From positions 1 to 62,921 of the forward strand of contig DASRGZ010000028.1 in NCBI GenBank assembly GCA_035650735.1: DNA of 62,921 bases, written 5' to 3'. Both the position numbers and the translations under genes were made by a program. This document shows positions 62,642 to 62,921 of this stretch, piece by piece. Under the pieces are notes generated by a model that was not told the origin of the DNA, ran no database searches, and saw only the letters and a program-made list of their open reading frames with translations. This DNA comes from Chthonomonadaceae bacterium. GTDB taxonomy: Bacteria > Armatimonadota > Chthonomonadetes > Chthonomonadales > Chthonomonadaceae. The number at the start of each line of letters is the position of its first letter. Positions within the stretch are counted from its first letter, which is position 1.

Positions 62642-62921
62642 CACTGCAAGGGTCGGCCCTGCAATGGTTCGGGCCACTGCCGCTGGGTTTGGTGAAGAGG
62701 CGATGGTACTCCTGAATGGTCGGCCCTGCAATGGTTCGGGCCACTGCTAGGGTTGGCGCTCAACGGTTCGCGCCACTGCAAGGGTCGGCAAGGTTACGGC
62801 CCTTGCCTCCGCCTTGCGACACCTTGCGACACGGCTCTGCCTAGCGACACCTACGCGGGCAAAACACCTTTTTCGCCCACGTAGGTGGGCGACGGGCGCT
62901 TTGCGCCCCCGAGCGGCAGGG
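62641..62921 (+). repeat. REP-bounded hairpin-unit element, longest copy (four units plus right arm, runs off the window)
   Basis: Units of ACTGCAAGGGTCGGCCCTGCAATGGTTCGGGCC type; 62873-62921 nearly identical to the right part of 36444-36570. Confidence 0.8.

Noticed and set aside
62641..62860. CRISPR array
   Set aside because: Only one spacer-sized insert, other units abut and diverge, related units are dispersed at other loci, and no cas genes are in the window. Kept as a repeat finding instead.

Overview
GC-rich bacterial chromosomal window. The gene complement (DUF1559/H-X9-DG pseudopilin, CRTAC1 plus multiheme-TPR pair, outer-membrane sorting protein) suggests an Armatimonadota-like diderm; this is inference, not a database result. 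(1) About 1.6-25.4 kb is an accessory island of clan-CD proteases. It holds three intact caspase-family (C14) genes and one decayed one, three CHAT-domain genes (one intact, two truncated or broken), a subtilase, WD40 proteins, a small secreted protein and a cyclase-STAND-TPR gene. Most products carry signal peptides, and the left arm is scarred by IS1 and rearrangement. (2) About 25.5-53.5 kb carries mixed housekeeping and envelope genes: amidase, an isolated dnaN, CRTAC1, multiheme cytochrome-TPR, M1 peptidase, cdsA, MoxR, rplY, and a BCP peroxiredoxin whose catalytic codon is an in-frame TGA followed by a SECIS-like hairpin (probable selenoprotein, truncated in the ORF track). (3) About 54-62.6 kb is an ExeA/ParA cassette plus a type IV pilus/T2SS-like operon. 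Intergenic DNA holds several dispersed repeat families: a two-copy MITE, REP doublets, and a REP-bounded element with a variable number of ~33-nt covarying hairpin units. No rRNA, intact tRNA or bona fide CRISPR-Cas locus was recognised.
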